Assembly (NCBI GenBank): GCA_030704615.1
Contig: CM060731.1
Coordinates: 53,878,001-53,942,000, forward strand
Length of the DNA: 64,000 bases
Direction: 5' to 3'
DNA from: Takakia lepidozioides
Lineage: Eukaryota; Plantae; Bryophyta
Shown here: positions 37,201 to 50,847 of the stretch, one piece after another
Numbering within the stretch: the first letter of the stretch is position 1
How the letters are laid out: each line of letters starts with the position of its first letter
The notes under the pieces: generated by a model
What the model saw: the letters and a program-made list of their open reading frames with translations, nothing else
Databases searched by the model: none
What the model was told of the DNA's origin: nothing
Position numbers and translations under genes: made by a program

Positions 37201-37990
37201 TGCTTTCCAGGTTGTACATGGACTCATTTATACCAAGACCAAGGAGATAGCAAGTATTGTCATGGGGTGCGGGTTATACTACGCTGCTTGTTTTCTGGTA
37301 CGTTACCACATTGAGCAACAAAAGATGCAAACACGCTTTCAAAGTTATTCCAGTGGAGATCATTGGGTATTACCTTCGGTGCCACCTCATATATACCTAT
37401 ATGACCCAAAAGTTATGATGCAAAAGGATTCTCAAATTCGTTCATGGTTTCAAGCAGCCTGCAACCATTTGTCAACACAGAAATTCGGCATTGATGACAT
37501 TTTCTATAAGGGACATGTGGCATGGAAATACTTGCACGCTGCACCAGTAATTGGTACCCCACTCACCTGGACAGACAAGGAACTCAGTGTCTACACCAAT
37601 TTTGCTGTTCAGCGGTTACACCAAGTTGTAAAATACAAACTTCCAGACATGGTAGGACAGCATTGTATGCCCCAGATGATTCCACAAAAAGTTCAAAAAT
37701 TAAAACACCTGAGAGGCGATGAGGATTCAGATACAACTGTTTCTTCACCGAATTCTTTTGACATGGGAGAAGACTATGCAATTCAGATGGAAGAGAAGAA
37801 GCGAAGGGGATCTCCTATGCCGGAAAGATTACCTCGATATCAGCCTCCAGAGGGCCTCACTTATCCAGGTAGTGATCAACCATCTCCGTCAACCAGAGAC
37901 AGACCTCGGGCTCGAACACACAGTCCGCCAAGAAACTCTCAACGTCAAGAAGGTGCTCACTCACAAAGGTTTGCTAGTCGAAATCAGTAA
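34224..37990 (+). pseudogene. Large additional ORF of the Gypsy element (~1250 codons): Athila-type accessory domain + coiled coil + unknown C-terminal domain
   Basis: ORFs 34796-36757, 36761-37036 and 37082-37990 share one frame, separated only by single TAG codons. The N-terminal part joins through one stop and one frameshift. QFLQNF...TVKGVELMITP...LFRLP and VQWADIMYNAL resemble Athila accessory ORFs. Confidence 0.7.
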
Positions 37991-39018
37991 ACCGTGAGGA
38001 CACGGCTTTTTGAGGGGGGAAGGGGTAATGTTAGAGGACTGTCGGGGACTTAGACACTTATACGGGATCTGTAGGGTACCCTTAATTTTTGCACAGACTG
38101 AGACCAACAGGAGCCTTAGGGGTGACAGCAGCGCACTGTAGAGGGGGGTTACACAGCCCGGCACAGCCAACACAGCCCGTCACAGTCGTCACAGCCGACA
38201 CAGCCAACACATCCCGTCACAGTCGTCACAGCCAACACAGCCCGTCACAGTCGTCACAGCAGACACAGCCAACACAGCCGACACAGCCACACAGCCAGTC
38301 ACAGCCCGACACAACCAAACACAGTCGCACAGCCAGTCACAGCCCGTCACAGTTTCATACAGCCAGTCACAGCTTGACACAGCTGTCACGATCATAGAGA
38401 ACGAAGAGTAGGACAGGGAACGACTGTGGGGAACAACACCTGCGAAGGGAACATGTTAGTTCACAGACGACGGTTAGCGAGGGAAACGGTTAGAACCGCG
38501 GATAGGAAGATAAAGGGAGAAACGGGGAATTGAGGAACATCATTCGGAGGAGGACTTCTTGGTGATAGAGGAGAGGGGATCGGGTAGAGATGAGGAACGG
38601 AAGTGAAGATAGAGAGATGATGAGTAGATGCTTGATATAGGCAAGGCTGTAATGATATTGTAGAGCAGATTAGAGACACAATGGCTTTGGCCTGATACGT
38701 GATAAATCATAATCGGATACTTTTACGATACAATCACACTGTGTAGAGAGATCTGAGTGAAGCTGTGAAATGAATGGATGAGCTGATGGAATCCAATAGA
38801 TTGATAAAGCAAACTGATACTTAATTATCAATGGTAAGATAGCTAACATGAATACCAAAAGGAAAACAAATAGGAAACACCCCCATGATACACTAGCTGT
38901 AGGTCATGACTGATTGTTCTGCACGGGCTGAGTACTTAGAGATTTCCAACTCTTCTATCTTGGAGTTTCTGCCTCGAATAGTGAAGGGATGGGTGAGTAA
39001 AAGCCGCGCGACAAAAGC

Positions 39019-39947
39019 CTACAAAAAGTATTGAAAAACTCTGCACGAACACCTCCGCTGCTAACTTTCAATCCATTGCTCCTCGCTTGTGCTCTCTGTG
39101 ACTGCCATGAAGAGCATTTCGCTTGGCTCAACAACTTGTGCTGATATGGAACTTGAATTCACTTCTCTCCTCGCCTTCCTTTTGTCCTTTTGCGCCTGTT
39201 GCTTCTTCGGACAGAATGGTGAAATATGAACTTTCTCACCACAGGTGTAACAGGTACGAGTCTCCGCGAGATTTGCGTTAGTTACGTCGGTTGCGTCCTT
39301 TCCCTTTTGTGTTGCCAAAGCTATCTCTTCCGCCAACATGTCATGTTGCCTTCTCCTTTCATCTAGCATCAATGTGCTAGATACATAGTCCATTGTCAAT
39401 GGGTCGTGTGTCATCATCACATTAACTATATTCTCATAAGTAGGAGGTAGGCTCAGCAAGATAGCAAGTGTCAAGTCTTCTTCAACAACCGGGGCTTCCA
39501 TTGATGCCAAATCGTCTCCCATGCCTTTCATCTTTGCAATGTGGTCACCAAATATGGTGTCATTGGGATCCATCTTGTAAGTCAAGAACTCCCTCTTAAG
39601 AAGAAGCCTACTGGCTGCACCCATGCTTTCATAGTTCTTCACAAGCAGCTCCCAAACCTCCTTTGATGTTTTGTCGCCTTTCACCAGGATCAACTGCTTG
39701 TCACAGAGGTGCAGACAGATGGTAGTCCTTGCACGTTCATCTTTCCGCTCCCACTGCAAAAATGCTTTGGTCATTGCACAATGCATTGTCTCCACTCAAG
39801 ACGTCAGGTTTCTCAGGAGATTTTCTCTACACCTTGGACAACTCTCCAAAGACCTCGATCACGAAGCAACATCTCTAGTTTGAACTTCCACAGCCCAAAA
39901 TTTTTGCCGTCAAACTTCTCTACCTTTGCTTCGTGTATAGTTTCCAT
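39019..39947 (-). pseudogene. Copia gag and start of protease
   Basis: KFDGKNFGLWKFKLEMLL, LLSLPPTYENIV, zinc knuckle CYTCGEKVHISPFC. Confidence 0.9.
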
Positions 39948-40352
39948 TTCAACTACAAGGAAAATATCGGAGTCTCACTGTAAGGCAAAGGAGACAAAAG
40001 AAGAAAAAGAATCAAACATGCAGTAACGCCAAAAGAATTCACGTGCTACATGAAGAGTGTGTGTGGGCCCATAACCTGTAATGCAACGAGTAAAAGAGAA
40101 AGAGTGTGAAGAGACTGCATGAGAAGGCACACTGGATTGTGTAACAGGAATGCACACATTTTGGTTGCAAGCAGTAGCAGTTAAATACAAGGAGTGACCG
40201 CTAGTGGTCACCTTAACTTCCCTGATATCTCTCCTGATTTATCTGTGTCACCGTTACCATTTCCTAGTTATAGGAATCTTGACATGCTAATTGCTATCAA
40301 TCAGCCGGAAGGTTTGCATGAGGTGGCATACTGCACCATTTTTAACAGAATT

Positions 40353-42270
40353 GCCACAAGAGTCTCCAGAGACGAATGTCTTACTAAAAGGTAAGGGCCG
40401 CAAATCTGCCAGGCGGCTGTTTTCCTGCAACCCATGCCTCCCTCGCTGATGCCCCTTTTCGGAGATTAAAAAAGGAGCAGGATTCACTAGGGAGGAGGAG
40501 CCGACTTAGGTCAATAAATGTGATAGGCCGCAAAAGGATAGTCAGTGATGTGCCAGTCGGATCTTCGACACAAGTCCGAGAGCTTGCATACTACTCGGCA
40601 GATTCGGTCTCAGATGAAGAAGAGGGGAGAGATTACGAGCAGGACAGTACTCCCTACTTTGTGGATCTGGATGGTTGGAGGTGGCAATTAACCAGGTTTA
40701 TGCAGAAAGTCAACGAACAAGAGATTATCTCCAAGGAGAAGAAGGATCGTCGAGATTATGAGCATATTCTCGCATTGGTGAAGCAGATGGGCCTTCACAA
40801 CCAGTTATATGGGAAAGCCGTGGTGATTAGCAAAGTTCCTCTTCCCAATTATAGGCCTGACTTGGACGAGCGCCGGCCACAGCGTCAGGTAAACACTGTT
40901 CTACTGTTGCATAGAAGCAGGGTCCTCAGTGTAAGAACCAGGAGTGGTATGCAATGTTAGAACTTTTTTGTTCAGGCTAAGTGTCGGGAGCCCGTTCATA
41001 CACTACTTGTTTCACAGTTCAATTATGCTTGGCATCTTAAGAATGTTAGCAGTTGACAGCAGCATTGACTTGTAGACTTCAACAGGTGAACAAGACTTGA
41101 ACATGGCCTACAATGATCTGGTTCAAATCCTATTGTAGCCAGTGCATCCACGAGTATTTTGCCTCTTCTTACCATTGAGAGGTAAGAAGCAGTTGAGAGG
41201 CATTGAAAAAGAAGAAGTTCACAAAATGAGAGAAGGTTTATGATCATGGGGGAGGAACAAAATGACAGGAAACTGAGTTAAAACAAGTCATGATTTTTAT
41301 TTCTTATTTTTTTTAATTTTGTCGATGGGAGGCTCTCTGGGAGTGAAAGTCATAATCGGCATGCGTCTCTAGTCTCTACCCAATGTCAGATGGGAATTCT
41401 AAGAACTACTAAAAAACCTTTCAAGGAATGGGCAAACAAGTAGATTTCAAGATGTCATTTGTATTGAAAGCTTAGTGAACGCGAAGGAACTTTAGCCGTA
41501 CTATCCATGGCTGGTCTTCAATGAGAAAGTAAAGACGTCAAGTTTTTTTATTCGAGATTCCACTGGGGTCTCTGATGCCAGGCTACTGTTATTTGGGGAT
41601 CAAGTAGGCACCGAAGCTCTCAGAACTGTCTGAAACACCCCTTTGCTTCTAGCAATACAATTTCTCCCTCTCCTTTTCAGGATTTTCGTTGTGAGTGGTT
41701 TGCAAACTGCCCAAGCTCGATACATAATGTCACATGCAGGTACAACCTGGAGGTGGGCCGGGCCATTTGCTCATGCATGGTGCCTACCTAGAGTTTTTTT
41801 ATGCAACCTGAAGTGGCCACCATGTTCTCCCATTTGAGGGAAGAACTCGACAATCTACTGCACAAGAAATTGGCAAATCTCGAAATAAACATTTATGATA
41901 AAGGAGGACTGTTGATGGATGCAATTTTTAAAGTGTTGCGTGCTGACCGATGTGAAGAGTCTTTCACTTTCGGACGGAAGGTTAAAAAGAGCCCGGCTTT
42001 GCAAATAATTTCTTTTGATCAGATGGACGTAACAGATACCAAAGGCCTATTGCAAACATTGGTGCATCGGGCTGGAAGGAAAATTCCACCAGTGTATAAG
42101 ACACGTTTAGTCAAGGGCCACCAATATGAGTCTTCAGTGGAAGTGAAAAGACAAGATTTTTGTAGGGGAGCCTCCAGGTAGCAAGAAACAAGCTGAGAAG
42201 AATGTTAGTGCAATTGCACTAGATTACATTACTGGCCTTTCGCAGAAAAAGGAAGAGAGAATGGCTTAGG
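40353..42270 (+). pseudogene. DExH-box RNA helicase (DExH3/DExH5, DHX36-like) pseudogene; probable 5' part at 22401-22612
   Basis: EQEIISKEKKDRRDYEHI...VVISKVPLPNYRPDLDERRPQRQV (N-terminus), [20 protein letters not shown]...LREELDNLLHKKL and a C-terminal dsRBD KGLLQTLVHRAG...SKKQAEK. Helicase core is absent. Confidence 0.85.
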
Positions 42271-42722
42271 GCTAGTAAAAATGGTTGGAAGCACAAGTTG
42301 TTTCATCTAGAAAGTATGAGTTGAAGTGGATGGGGGCATGATGAGAAAACGAGATGGCTGATTATCGACAGAGTAGGTCCAAGCGTTCTTGAAGCACTCC
42401 AAGATTTTGTCTTCAACTTGAAGTCAATTCCATGGGGACATGTTAAATCTGCTATGCAAAGGCATGGCCAACCGATGTTGGCAATTCATCCCTGGTAGGA
42501 TAAACTGGTGAAATGTGCTAGGTAGAGTTAACCCCAAGTTTTGTCCTTCCACCCTAGAATTGATGAGCTTGTGAGGAATGCAGTATCTTGTGAGTCATCA
42601 TCTCAGAACTTGAAGAGGTTACTATTTATCTTCCCTAGGGCAACTGACTTAACCATTAAAGCCTGTAACGTACTTTGAGAAAAGCTGTTCTGGAATATGC
42701 CCTCTCGCCAACGACTCCAAAG

Positions 42723-45700
42723 TGTCAAGGATGAGGACATGACTGAACACAAACAAAAAGATCAAACTTAGAGGTACAAGACTAGACACGAAGTCAAGGT
42801 CGGCGTGGCCGAATGCATGATGGATAAACATGAATCAAGATGATCTTTATAACAATGGACAAGAGTACAAGATACTGGAACTCGACTTAAATACTGGAAT
42901 GCTGGAAACTAGACTGGAGTACTAGATACTGGAAACTGGACTAGAGTACTGGAGTCTGGACTAGAGTATTGGGACTGGAAACAAGAGTAGCTTGAACTTG
43001 TATTGGCGAGACTGAGGAGTGTTCAGTCTCGTTTCCTATATACTGGCTACTATGAAGTTCCCTAAGAAGCTTCCCCAACGGAGGTTTCTTGATGGAGAAG
43101 TTTCTTTAAACAAATGAGGTATGTTGATGGAAAAGTTTCCTCCAAATGAAGCTTCCTAAGCAGTTTCCCAAGTTACTCTCGGTGATTTGATAAACTCCCA
43201 GTAACTTGGTAATTAATGGTAATTTATGTTAAATCATGGTAAATCATGATAAATTTTGGTAACATGGTAATTTGATAACTTTTGGTATTTACTCCTGGTC
43301 AGTTCCTCTGGGCTATGTCCGTGACATCACCTCCTCCTCTAGCGCCGAGTTCCTCGAGGAGCGGTAAAATTTTGGACTTGCTTAGAGTTGGAGAAAATCC
43401 AAAATCCGGCGAATGGTACTTGTCAAGTATTCGGCTCTTCGTTCTTGACTCAAATGATTTATAGGTCCCTGCAATTATCGATAGTGTCTAACACCTTGAA
43501 CTTGGGACCACACATTGATTTAAGCATACTGATTTTCGAAGCTGCCTTCAAACATGATTTCGTTGCCATCTTGGTTCGAAGCCTCAACCTCCAACAAAAT
43601 TATCAGACTTCGAGTAGGCTTTATTTTCCGTCATACAAGGTCTAGACGAGGAAGTACTCGTCGCCTTGGTGGCCCATCGACTCAAGGGCGTCGGCGTGAT
43701 GTTGAAGGTTGTGAGAGTCGGAACAGCTGGTCTGGTAGTTGGGTAAGCGACAACTCCAATGTATCCGCTTCCTGTGACTCCATGCTGCCAATACAAGATG
43801 CAAGAGTGCTGGAAGTGTAGCTATATATACTGATGTGTGGTGCTCCTCCTTCCTTAGTGTATATCAGGTACGCTGAATGTGGAGTTTTCACCTTGAAGCT
43901 AATTTGGCTGACATCATCGTTGTGATGTCTTATTGATGTGTAGCTCGGGGCTTAGCTGGATATCGTTGATGAAACTTTTGGACTTTGTCAGATGCATTGG
44001 CGAGGTTGGATGAAGGTTCCCACGTTCGTTTGCTGATGTCGTAGCTTTTTCAATGTACGAAATACTCAAGACGTTTATACTTGATGCGAGAGTCTAGGAC
44101 TTCGTCGATTTCATACTTAATTTTCTGATTGACTTCAATCGGTAGAAGTGGTACAGAAACTCGCCCGAGAATACTTGAGTCATGATATAACTCTAATAAT
44201 GAGACATGGAAGACTGGGTGGATGCGCATACTTCGTGGGAGTTCAAGCAAAAAATTGACCGGATTTATTTGTCGAATAATTTTGAATGGTCCCAGACGTT
44301 GATGTTCCTTGATGGTCGCGAGGTTTGTATGTCTCGTCGAAGAAGCCATACACGATCTCCGACCTTGAACTGGGGTTGGAGTTGCCGATGTTGATCTGCA
44401 TACTCCTTGTATTGTTTTTGAGCTTCTGCGAGGTGGAATGTAAACTCATTGTGAATCGTAGCAAGATGAGTAGCAAGGTTTTCTGTAGCAGGACGTCCAA
44501 CAGTCTTCATGTGGAAAGGGTTTGCTCGAGGATGATGACCATAATTGGAGAAAAATGGAGTTTGCTTGGTCAAAGAATGTATAGTGTGGTTGTAGGCAAA
44601 CTCAGCTAATGACAGAAGGTCAGTCCAATTATCTTGGTGATAATTTATCGTATAACGAAGATACTGCTCCAAAATCTGGTTTACACGTTCGGTTTGACCA
44701 TCAGTCTGTTGATGATTAGCTGTAGAGAGGTTGATCTTAGTATCCAATATGTGAAATAACCGCCTCCAGAAATTTGATATGAACTGTGGTCATCGATAAG
44801 ATACGATGTCCTTTGGGAGTCCATGAATACGATAGATATTGTTAAGGAAGAGTCTTCCAGTTTTCTCGTCTGTAACCGTCTTATTACATGGAATGAAATA
44901 TGTCATCTTTGTAAAACGATCCACAATAACAAGGATGAAATTGGTGGTCTTAGAAATTGGTAATAAAGTCCATAAACACGGATGACCATGGACCCTTGGA
45001 AATGGGTAATGGTTGAAGAAGACCGTAAGGTCGATGTCATGGTCCCTTTGCTCTAGCACACGTGTCGCAAGATTTTATAAATTCTTTCACGAGTTTCCAC
45101 ATCTGTAGCCACCAATAGTCCTTGGATATCAATTCCATTGTTTTGTTGAAGCCGAAATGTACTGCAGCCGGAAGATCATGACCTGTTTGAAAAATTCGAA
45201 GTCGTATAGGTCCTGGAGGTACATAGAGAAATCCCTTGAAGTAAAGTAAACCATCTTTGAATTCGAAATTGTTTATAATATGTGGGTGGTCTTGAGGTCG
45301 ATTCAATTGACTTCATAGTGTTTTAGCAAATTGGTCGCTCTTCAGTGCTTCCTGAATCTCCTTTATGATCTCTGCATCGTCATAGGTGGACATGGATAAC
45401 ATATTCAATTGGAGATTTGTTGGTTTCAAGATGATGGATTTCTGTTGGTCAAAAACTACGTCATCTTCTTTTGGCGTAAGATACGATCGTCGACAAAGAG
45501 CATCTGATTTTCCTTGAAGATGTCCGGAATGGTAGGAAATAACAAAATCAAACCTTACTAGTGACATACTCCATCTCGCTTGACGTCGATTCAAAACACG
45601 AACACTCATAAAATACTCGAGGTTTTTGTGATCGGTGTAGACAGTGACCTGATGTTTAGCTCCCTCCAATAGATGACGCCACTCTTCAAAATCATCGATA

Positions 45701-48700
45701 ATCGCTCGAAGTTCTTTGTCATGGATTTCATAATTGATCTCCGCAGCGGAAAATTTGCGAGAACGAAAACCAATAGGGTGAAATCGGTCATCTGTATTGT
45801 ATTGAGAGAGTACAGCACCAAGTGCAAAGTCTGATGCCTTCCAAAAAGAATGGTTTAGATGGGTCTGCATGTACCAGTATTGGAGCCGTTGTAAATGTCT
45901 GCTTCAGTCTTTCAAATGTCTGGTCAGGCTTCTCGTCCTATGCAAATTTGTCCTTCCTTATGAGTCGTGTCAATGGTGTAACAATTTTGGAGTAGTCATT
46001 GATGAAGATTCTATAGAAATTTGCAAATCCCAGAAAACATTGTACATCTCGGACCGAAGTTTTAATTCACTCGATGATGCTTTGTATTTTCTTCTGATCC
46101 ACAAAGACTCATTTGTCCGAAATAATGTAGCCCAAAAATTCGACTTCAGATTGGTGGAAAAGATATTTTTCCAACTTGACATATAGTCATCTTTCCCTTA
46201 ATTTATCAAGGACAAGGTGTACATGACGACCATCTTCTTCTTCATTCCGTGAAAATATCAAAATGTCGTCCAAATAGATGACTACAAAGTCATCTAAAAA
46301 TTCTCGAAAGATGTCATTCATCATGTGTTGAAAAATTGTTGGAACATTTGTAAGACCGAAAGACATAATATTGTATTCGAAATGTCCGTACCTTATGCGA
46401 AAAACAGTCTTCCATTCGTCTCCTACTTTTATTCGTACAAGGTTGTTAGCTCATCTCAAGTCAATCTTTGTGAAAAAATTTGCTTGTCCAAGTTGTTCGA
46501 AGAGTCCGGAAATCAGCGGTAGTGGGCAACGATTTTTGATAGTGACTTTGTTGAGCCCACGATAGTCCATACATATGTGTAACGATCCGTCTTTCTTCTT
46601 CACAAATAAGATAGGTGCTCCCGCGGGTGATTTCGAATGTCGAATGAAATTCTTCGACAAATTTTCATCAATATATTCGCGTAAAGCAGCCAACTCCGGC
46701 TGTGATAAATTGTAGATTGGGTCGAATGGTGGTTGGGCTTCTTATTGCAACTCAATTGTACAATCATAAGGTCGATGTTCTGGCAACATGCCTGCATTTT
46801 TCTTCTCGAAGACATCCTTGAAATCTTGATATTGATTGGGTAATGTTGAAGTACCTTGGTCTGTTGTTGTTTTGATCGCAATCGCATAAAATGCAAATGT
46901 CGCGTTTTTCTTTGTAGCTCTCATAAAGGCTCTAGCTCCAAGAAACATGGATTGAATACCTTTGGTACTTTTGCATTTTTGTCTTGCCGAAATTTTTCGT
47001 GATCGCCAGTCGATGTAAGGATTATGAAGTATAAACCAGTGAAGTTCAAAGATCACATGATTCGTTGGAGACTGGATGACGTTGAAAACAATCTGTGATG
47101 CTTGATTTTTAAGCTTAACTTCAAGGGGTCGAGTTTCATGGTCATTGTTTCCTGATGCTAATGGTTGTCCATCGATGACTTCAACAGGGGCCGAGAATTT
47201 CTTTCTTACGAGCGTTAAATTGTGTTGTCTTGCAAAGTCTTTGTCAATAAAACACGCTGAAGCGTCCGAGTCCAAAAGTACTTTCGCGAAGATATCTCGA
47301 TTTTGCGTCCTGATCTAAACTGGAACTGTGAAACATGGTACAAGATCTCGAGGTAAAAAGAGACATTTTTTAGGTGAAGAATTGGTGGTGTCCAGCCGTA
47401 TGGTCCCTACTGTGACTTGACATCTTCGTTTTCCGACCTCCTCGCATTGTATACTGGAGTTGCGCCCCAGCTTTGAATCTTCTCTTGTTGGGGCAGTTTA
47501 ATGCTATATGATCTTCTTCTCCGCAATAGAGACATCAACCATTGAGCGTCGTCGTTGTTTTTCTTATTGCGTCAATGGTTTGAATCGGACAGTATCAATC
47601 TGTATATGATCGCTACCGGATGTCTGATGGGTCATTGTGTTTGATGCCGTAGTAGCAGTGGCATGGTGTGTCGTCGACCATCCAGATCGCTTTTCTTGAC
47701 GTCTTTCGAATAAACGATTATCGCATGCAATGACTTGGGTGATGAATTCACTCAGTGTATTCACGTTTGACATTGTCAGCAACAAATATTTCACATCCTC
47801 TTTTAGGCCACATCGAAACTGACTAATGAGGCTTTTCTCATTCCAGTCGAGGTCACACGCAAGTTGTCGAAATTCGGCAGCATAAACGGAAGCAGGACGC
47901 GTTTCTTGTCGTAGATTTCGCATCTTTGTCTCTGTAACTCTTTCTCTATCATTCTCTCCAAACGTCGCAGTGAACTCGGACATGAACGCTTCAAAATTGT
48001 ATAATAAATGTGATTTTTTCACTAACAGCGGTGCAAACTAAGATAGGGCAGTGCCTGATAGAAGGGTGCCCACGAATCCCACTTGAATACCTTTATCGGG
48101 ATAACGTTGTGGATGTAGTCGTAGGAACAATCGTACTTGTTGAACAAAACCGCGAAATCTTGATATCGTTCCATCAAATTTCTTGGGCATGCTGACATTT
48201 GGTTCTCTCGTAATTTCTTGAAGATGTGGAGGAACCGTTGCAGTAAGAGGTGTTGCAGTGGGAACTCGTATGGTTGAAGATCCATTGTTCGACTCCTTCA
48301 ACTCTGAAATTTGTTGTTGCAGATTATTGAGAGCGTTGCCAAGATCTTCAGACTGATCAGCTTGTACTTAGGCAGTAGATGTACGAAGTTCTTGCATCTG
48401 GAGCTGGAGACTCTGCAAGGTGGGGACCATTTCCGCAAATGTGCATCTTAACTAACTAAGGGACAAACTTTAGTTTCGCCAAATTGTTAAGGATGAGGAC
48501 ATGACTGAACACAAACAAGAGATCAAACTTAGAGGTACAAGACTAGACACGAAATCAAGATCGACGTGGCCGAATGCATGATGGATAAAGAACAATCAAG
48601 ATGATATTTATAACAATGGACAAGAGGACAAGATACTGGAACTCGACTTAAATACTGGAATGCTGGAAACTGGACTAGAGTACCAGATACTGGAAATTGG

Positions 48701-49109
48701 ACTAGAGTACTGGAGTTTGGACTTGAGTACTGGGACTAGAAACAAGAGTAGCTTGAACTTGTGTTGGCGAGACTGAGAATTGTCTAGTCTCACCTCCTAT
48801 ATATACTAGCTACCATGAAGTTTCCTAAGAAGCTTCCCCAATGGAGGTTTCTTTATGGAGAAATTTCCTTAAACAAAGGAGGTATCTTGATGAAGAAGTT
48901 TCCTCCAAAGGAAGCTTCCTTAGCAATTTCTCAAGTTACTCTCGGTAATTTGATAAACTCCCGATAATTTGATAACTAATGGTAATTTATGATAAATCAT
49001 GGTAGATTATGGTAAATCACAATAAATTATGATAACTTTCGATAATATAGTAACTTGGTAACTTCTGGTATTTATTCCTGGTAAGTTTTTTTGGGCTATA
49101 TCCGTGACA
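42723..49109 (-). mobile_element. Chromoviral Ty3/Gypsy LTR retrotransposon (Tcn1-like), decayed
   Basis: LTRs 42723-43326 and 48485-49109, 5-bp TSD CAAAG, PPT AGAGGAGGAGG. Confidence 0.93.
43940..48430 (-). pseudogene. Chromovirus gag-pol with chromodomain
   Basis: [91 protein letters not shown], chromodomain [10 protein letters not shown]...LEYFVH...TWEP. Confidence 0.93.
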
Positions 49110-50847
49110 CAAAGTGCGCTTTGTTCGTACGAAACAAACGTCATAATAGTATCTTGGACAATAGGTAGATTCCGGATAAATGCAATGGATTTGCAGCATT
49201 GCCTCTCTATCTCGGGCTGTCGCAATTGAGAAGCAAGATACGACCCCAACATAAGGTTATGTAGTATATGATAGGTATGTGTGCTCCCTCATTCTCCCTC
49301 TCTTTCTTTTCTCTTTTGTCTTGGGAAGCATGTATTGGCAGATGGTTTACCAGCTTTGGCTATGTGACTGGCAGGTCTGACCTCGAAGGGAGGATGACTA
49401 GTGACTACATCTTTGCACTTGTAAGGACAGCCATGGAATGATGAGTTGAAGTGGAAGATGCTAGTGTTATCATTCATCATTCATTGACTGAAGATCCATT
49501 TGGCAACATATTTGTACCAAGTGGTGGTCTGTGACATAGATTTCACCATTTGAATCCCATTAGACAAGATTTGGAAGAGAAACCAGGCCTGATATGCAGT
49601 AGTTCTGCAAGGTGTACATGGTACTTACACAGTGGAATATGCCCTGAAAATCTGCACATTACACGGAGCATACTAGAGCGTGCAATTGACAATCCAATTC
49701 AACCATTGGTATTTTGCTTCCGGTTGTAGAGAGTGTCAGAGGTGCTACAATCAAATTCAATGAAAGTCCACCCTCTCGCATGTGTAAAATGATGGAAGAA
49801 TCCAAGTTTGAAGAGTTATGAGGGTTTAATTCTTCCAGCAAACACCCCAACCATACTTATCAGACTAGTTCCTATGCTGACTTGCATCTGCTTCCAACAG
49901 GCATTCACTTTTTTGTCTCCATTGTCCCACAATTGACTGGCGTCGGAGAAGTGTTCATTCCAAAGCTTCTCCTCGTCTCTCTTATCTGTTTTTGGATACT
50001 CTCCTGCTGCCACATCGGTACTAACTTGTCAGAATTCATTTCAAACCACCACAGATCCACTGCAACATATGGCAAATGAAAGGCTACAACTTGGATGCAG
50101 ACACCATATTCAATATGCAAATTCAGGGCCGAGTCTGATGAGAGCGCAAAACAGGCTGAAATAGGTCGAAGAAGAAGGTGCCCTCACCACATTGTCATTG
50201 ACGTTGTGTCATGACCCATGGAGACCATCAACCCAAAATGACCTCTTGTGTGTGCTGCTTGTGTCCGTAGTCAGGTAATGTCGGGTCAAGAACACCCTTG
50301 TGAGAGCATCTCTAATGGTGAACACCATCGGGCCCGCCAAGCTGCTCATGGCGTGGTGTTTGGCGGAAGGACGTCCACCGGGCCTCACATTAAATCCAGC
50401 GCCAAGGTGGGCTGGCCAGCCTGCGGAAGCCACGTGGTTGCTCCAGGCTGCACCACACGTGCTCTTCTTATTCCCAAAAGCAAGAGCGCTTGTGCCTCAT
50501 AACTCTCTTCGACGTGCACGCACCAGATTTGCTCCCTGTGCTTGGGCGTGCACGTGCGCGTTTGGCGGAGGCTTGGCGAGGTACGCCAAAGATGGAAAAT
50601 ATGGCGTACCCCTTGCCCTTTGCGTAGGTCCCTCCGCGCCAAATATAGTGTTGGCGGGGTACGCTGGGGCATGATCCACTAAACACCATGTCAAAATGGC
50701 GTTGGAAATGGCATGGCGTACCTGCATGGGGGGTGCTCGGATGATTAGTTGTGTTTGGTTGAGATGGAAAATCCACCACTTCAAGATCTTCTCAATTTCT
50801 GCTCACTGGTGTTAACAAGCTGCTGCCAACCAGGTTTGGCTTTTAAC

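Larger units (their letters stand above)
25761..39013 (+). mobile_element. Non-chromoviral Ty3/Gypsy (Athila/Tat-related) LTR retrotransposon, 13.25 kb
   Basis: LTRs 25761-26761 and 38029-39013 (TG..CA), 5-bp TSD AAAGC, PBS TGGCGACCATACTGGGGA (tRNA-Arg-like), PPT GAGGGGGGAAGGGG. Confidence 0.96.
22613..40347 (-). mobile_element. Ty1/Copia LTR retrotransposon, interrupted by a Gypsy element
   Basis: 271-bp TG..CA LTRs at 22613-22883 and 40077-40347 (about 11 mismatches by eye), 5-bp TSD GAATT, PBS GGTTATGGGCCCA, PPT TGAGTGGGAG. Confidence 0.96.

Noticed and set aside
49650-50790. Overlapping ORFs upstream of the MITE and PEX4
   Set aside because: Some exon-like pieces, but no recognisable domain or consistent gene model by eye.
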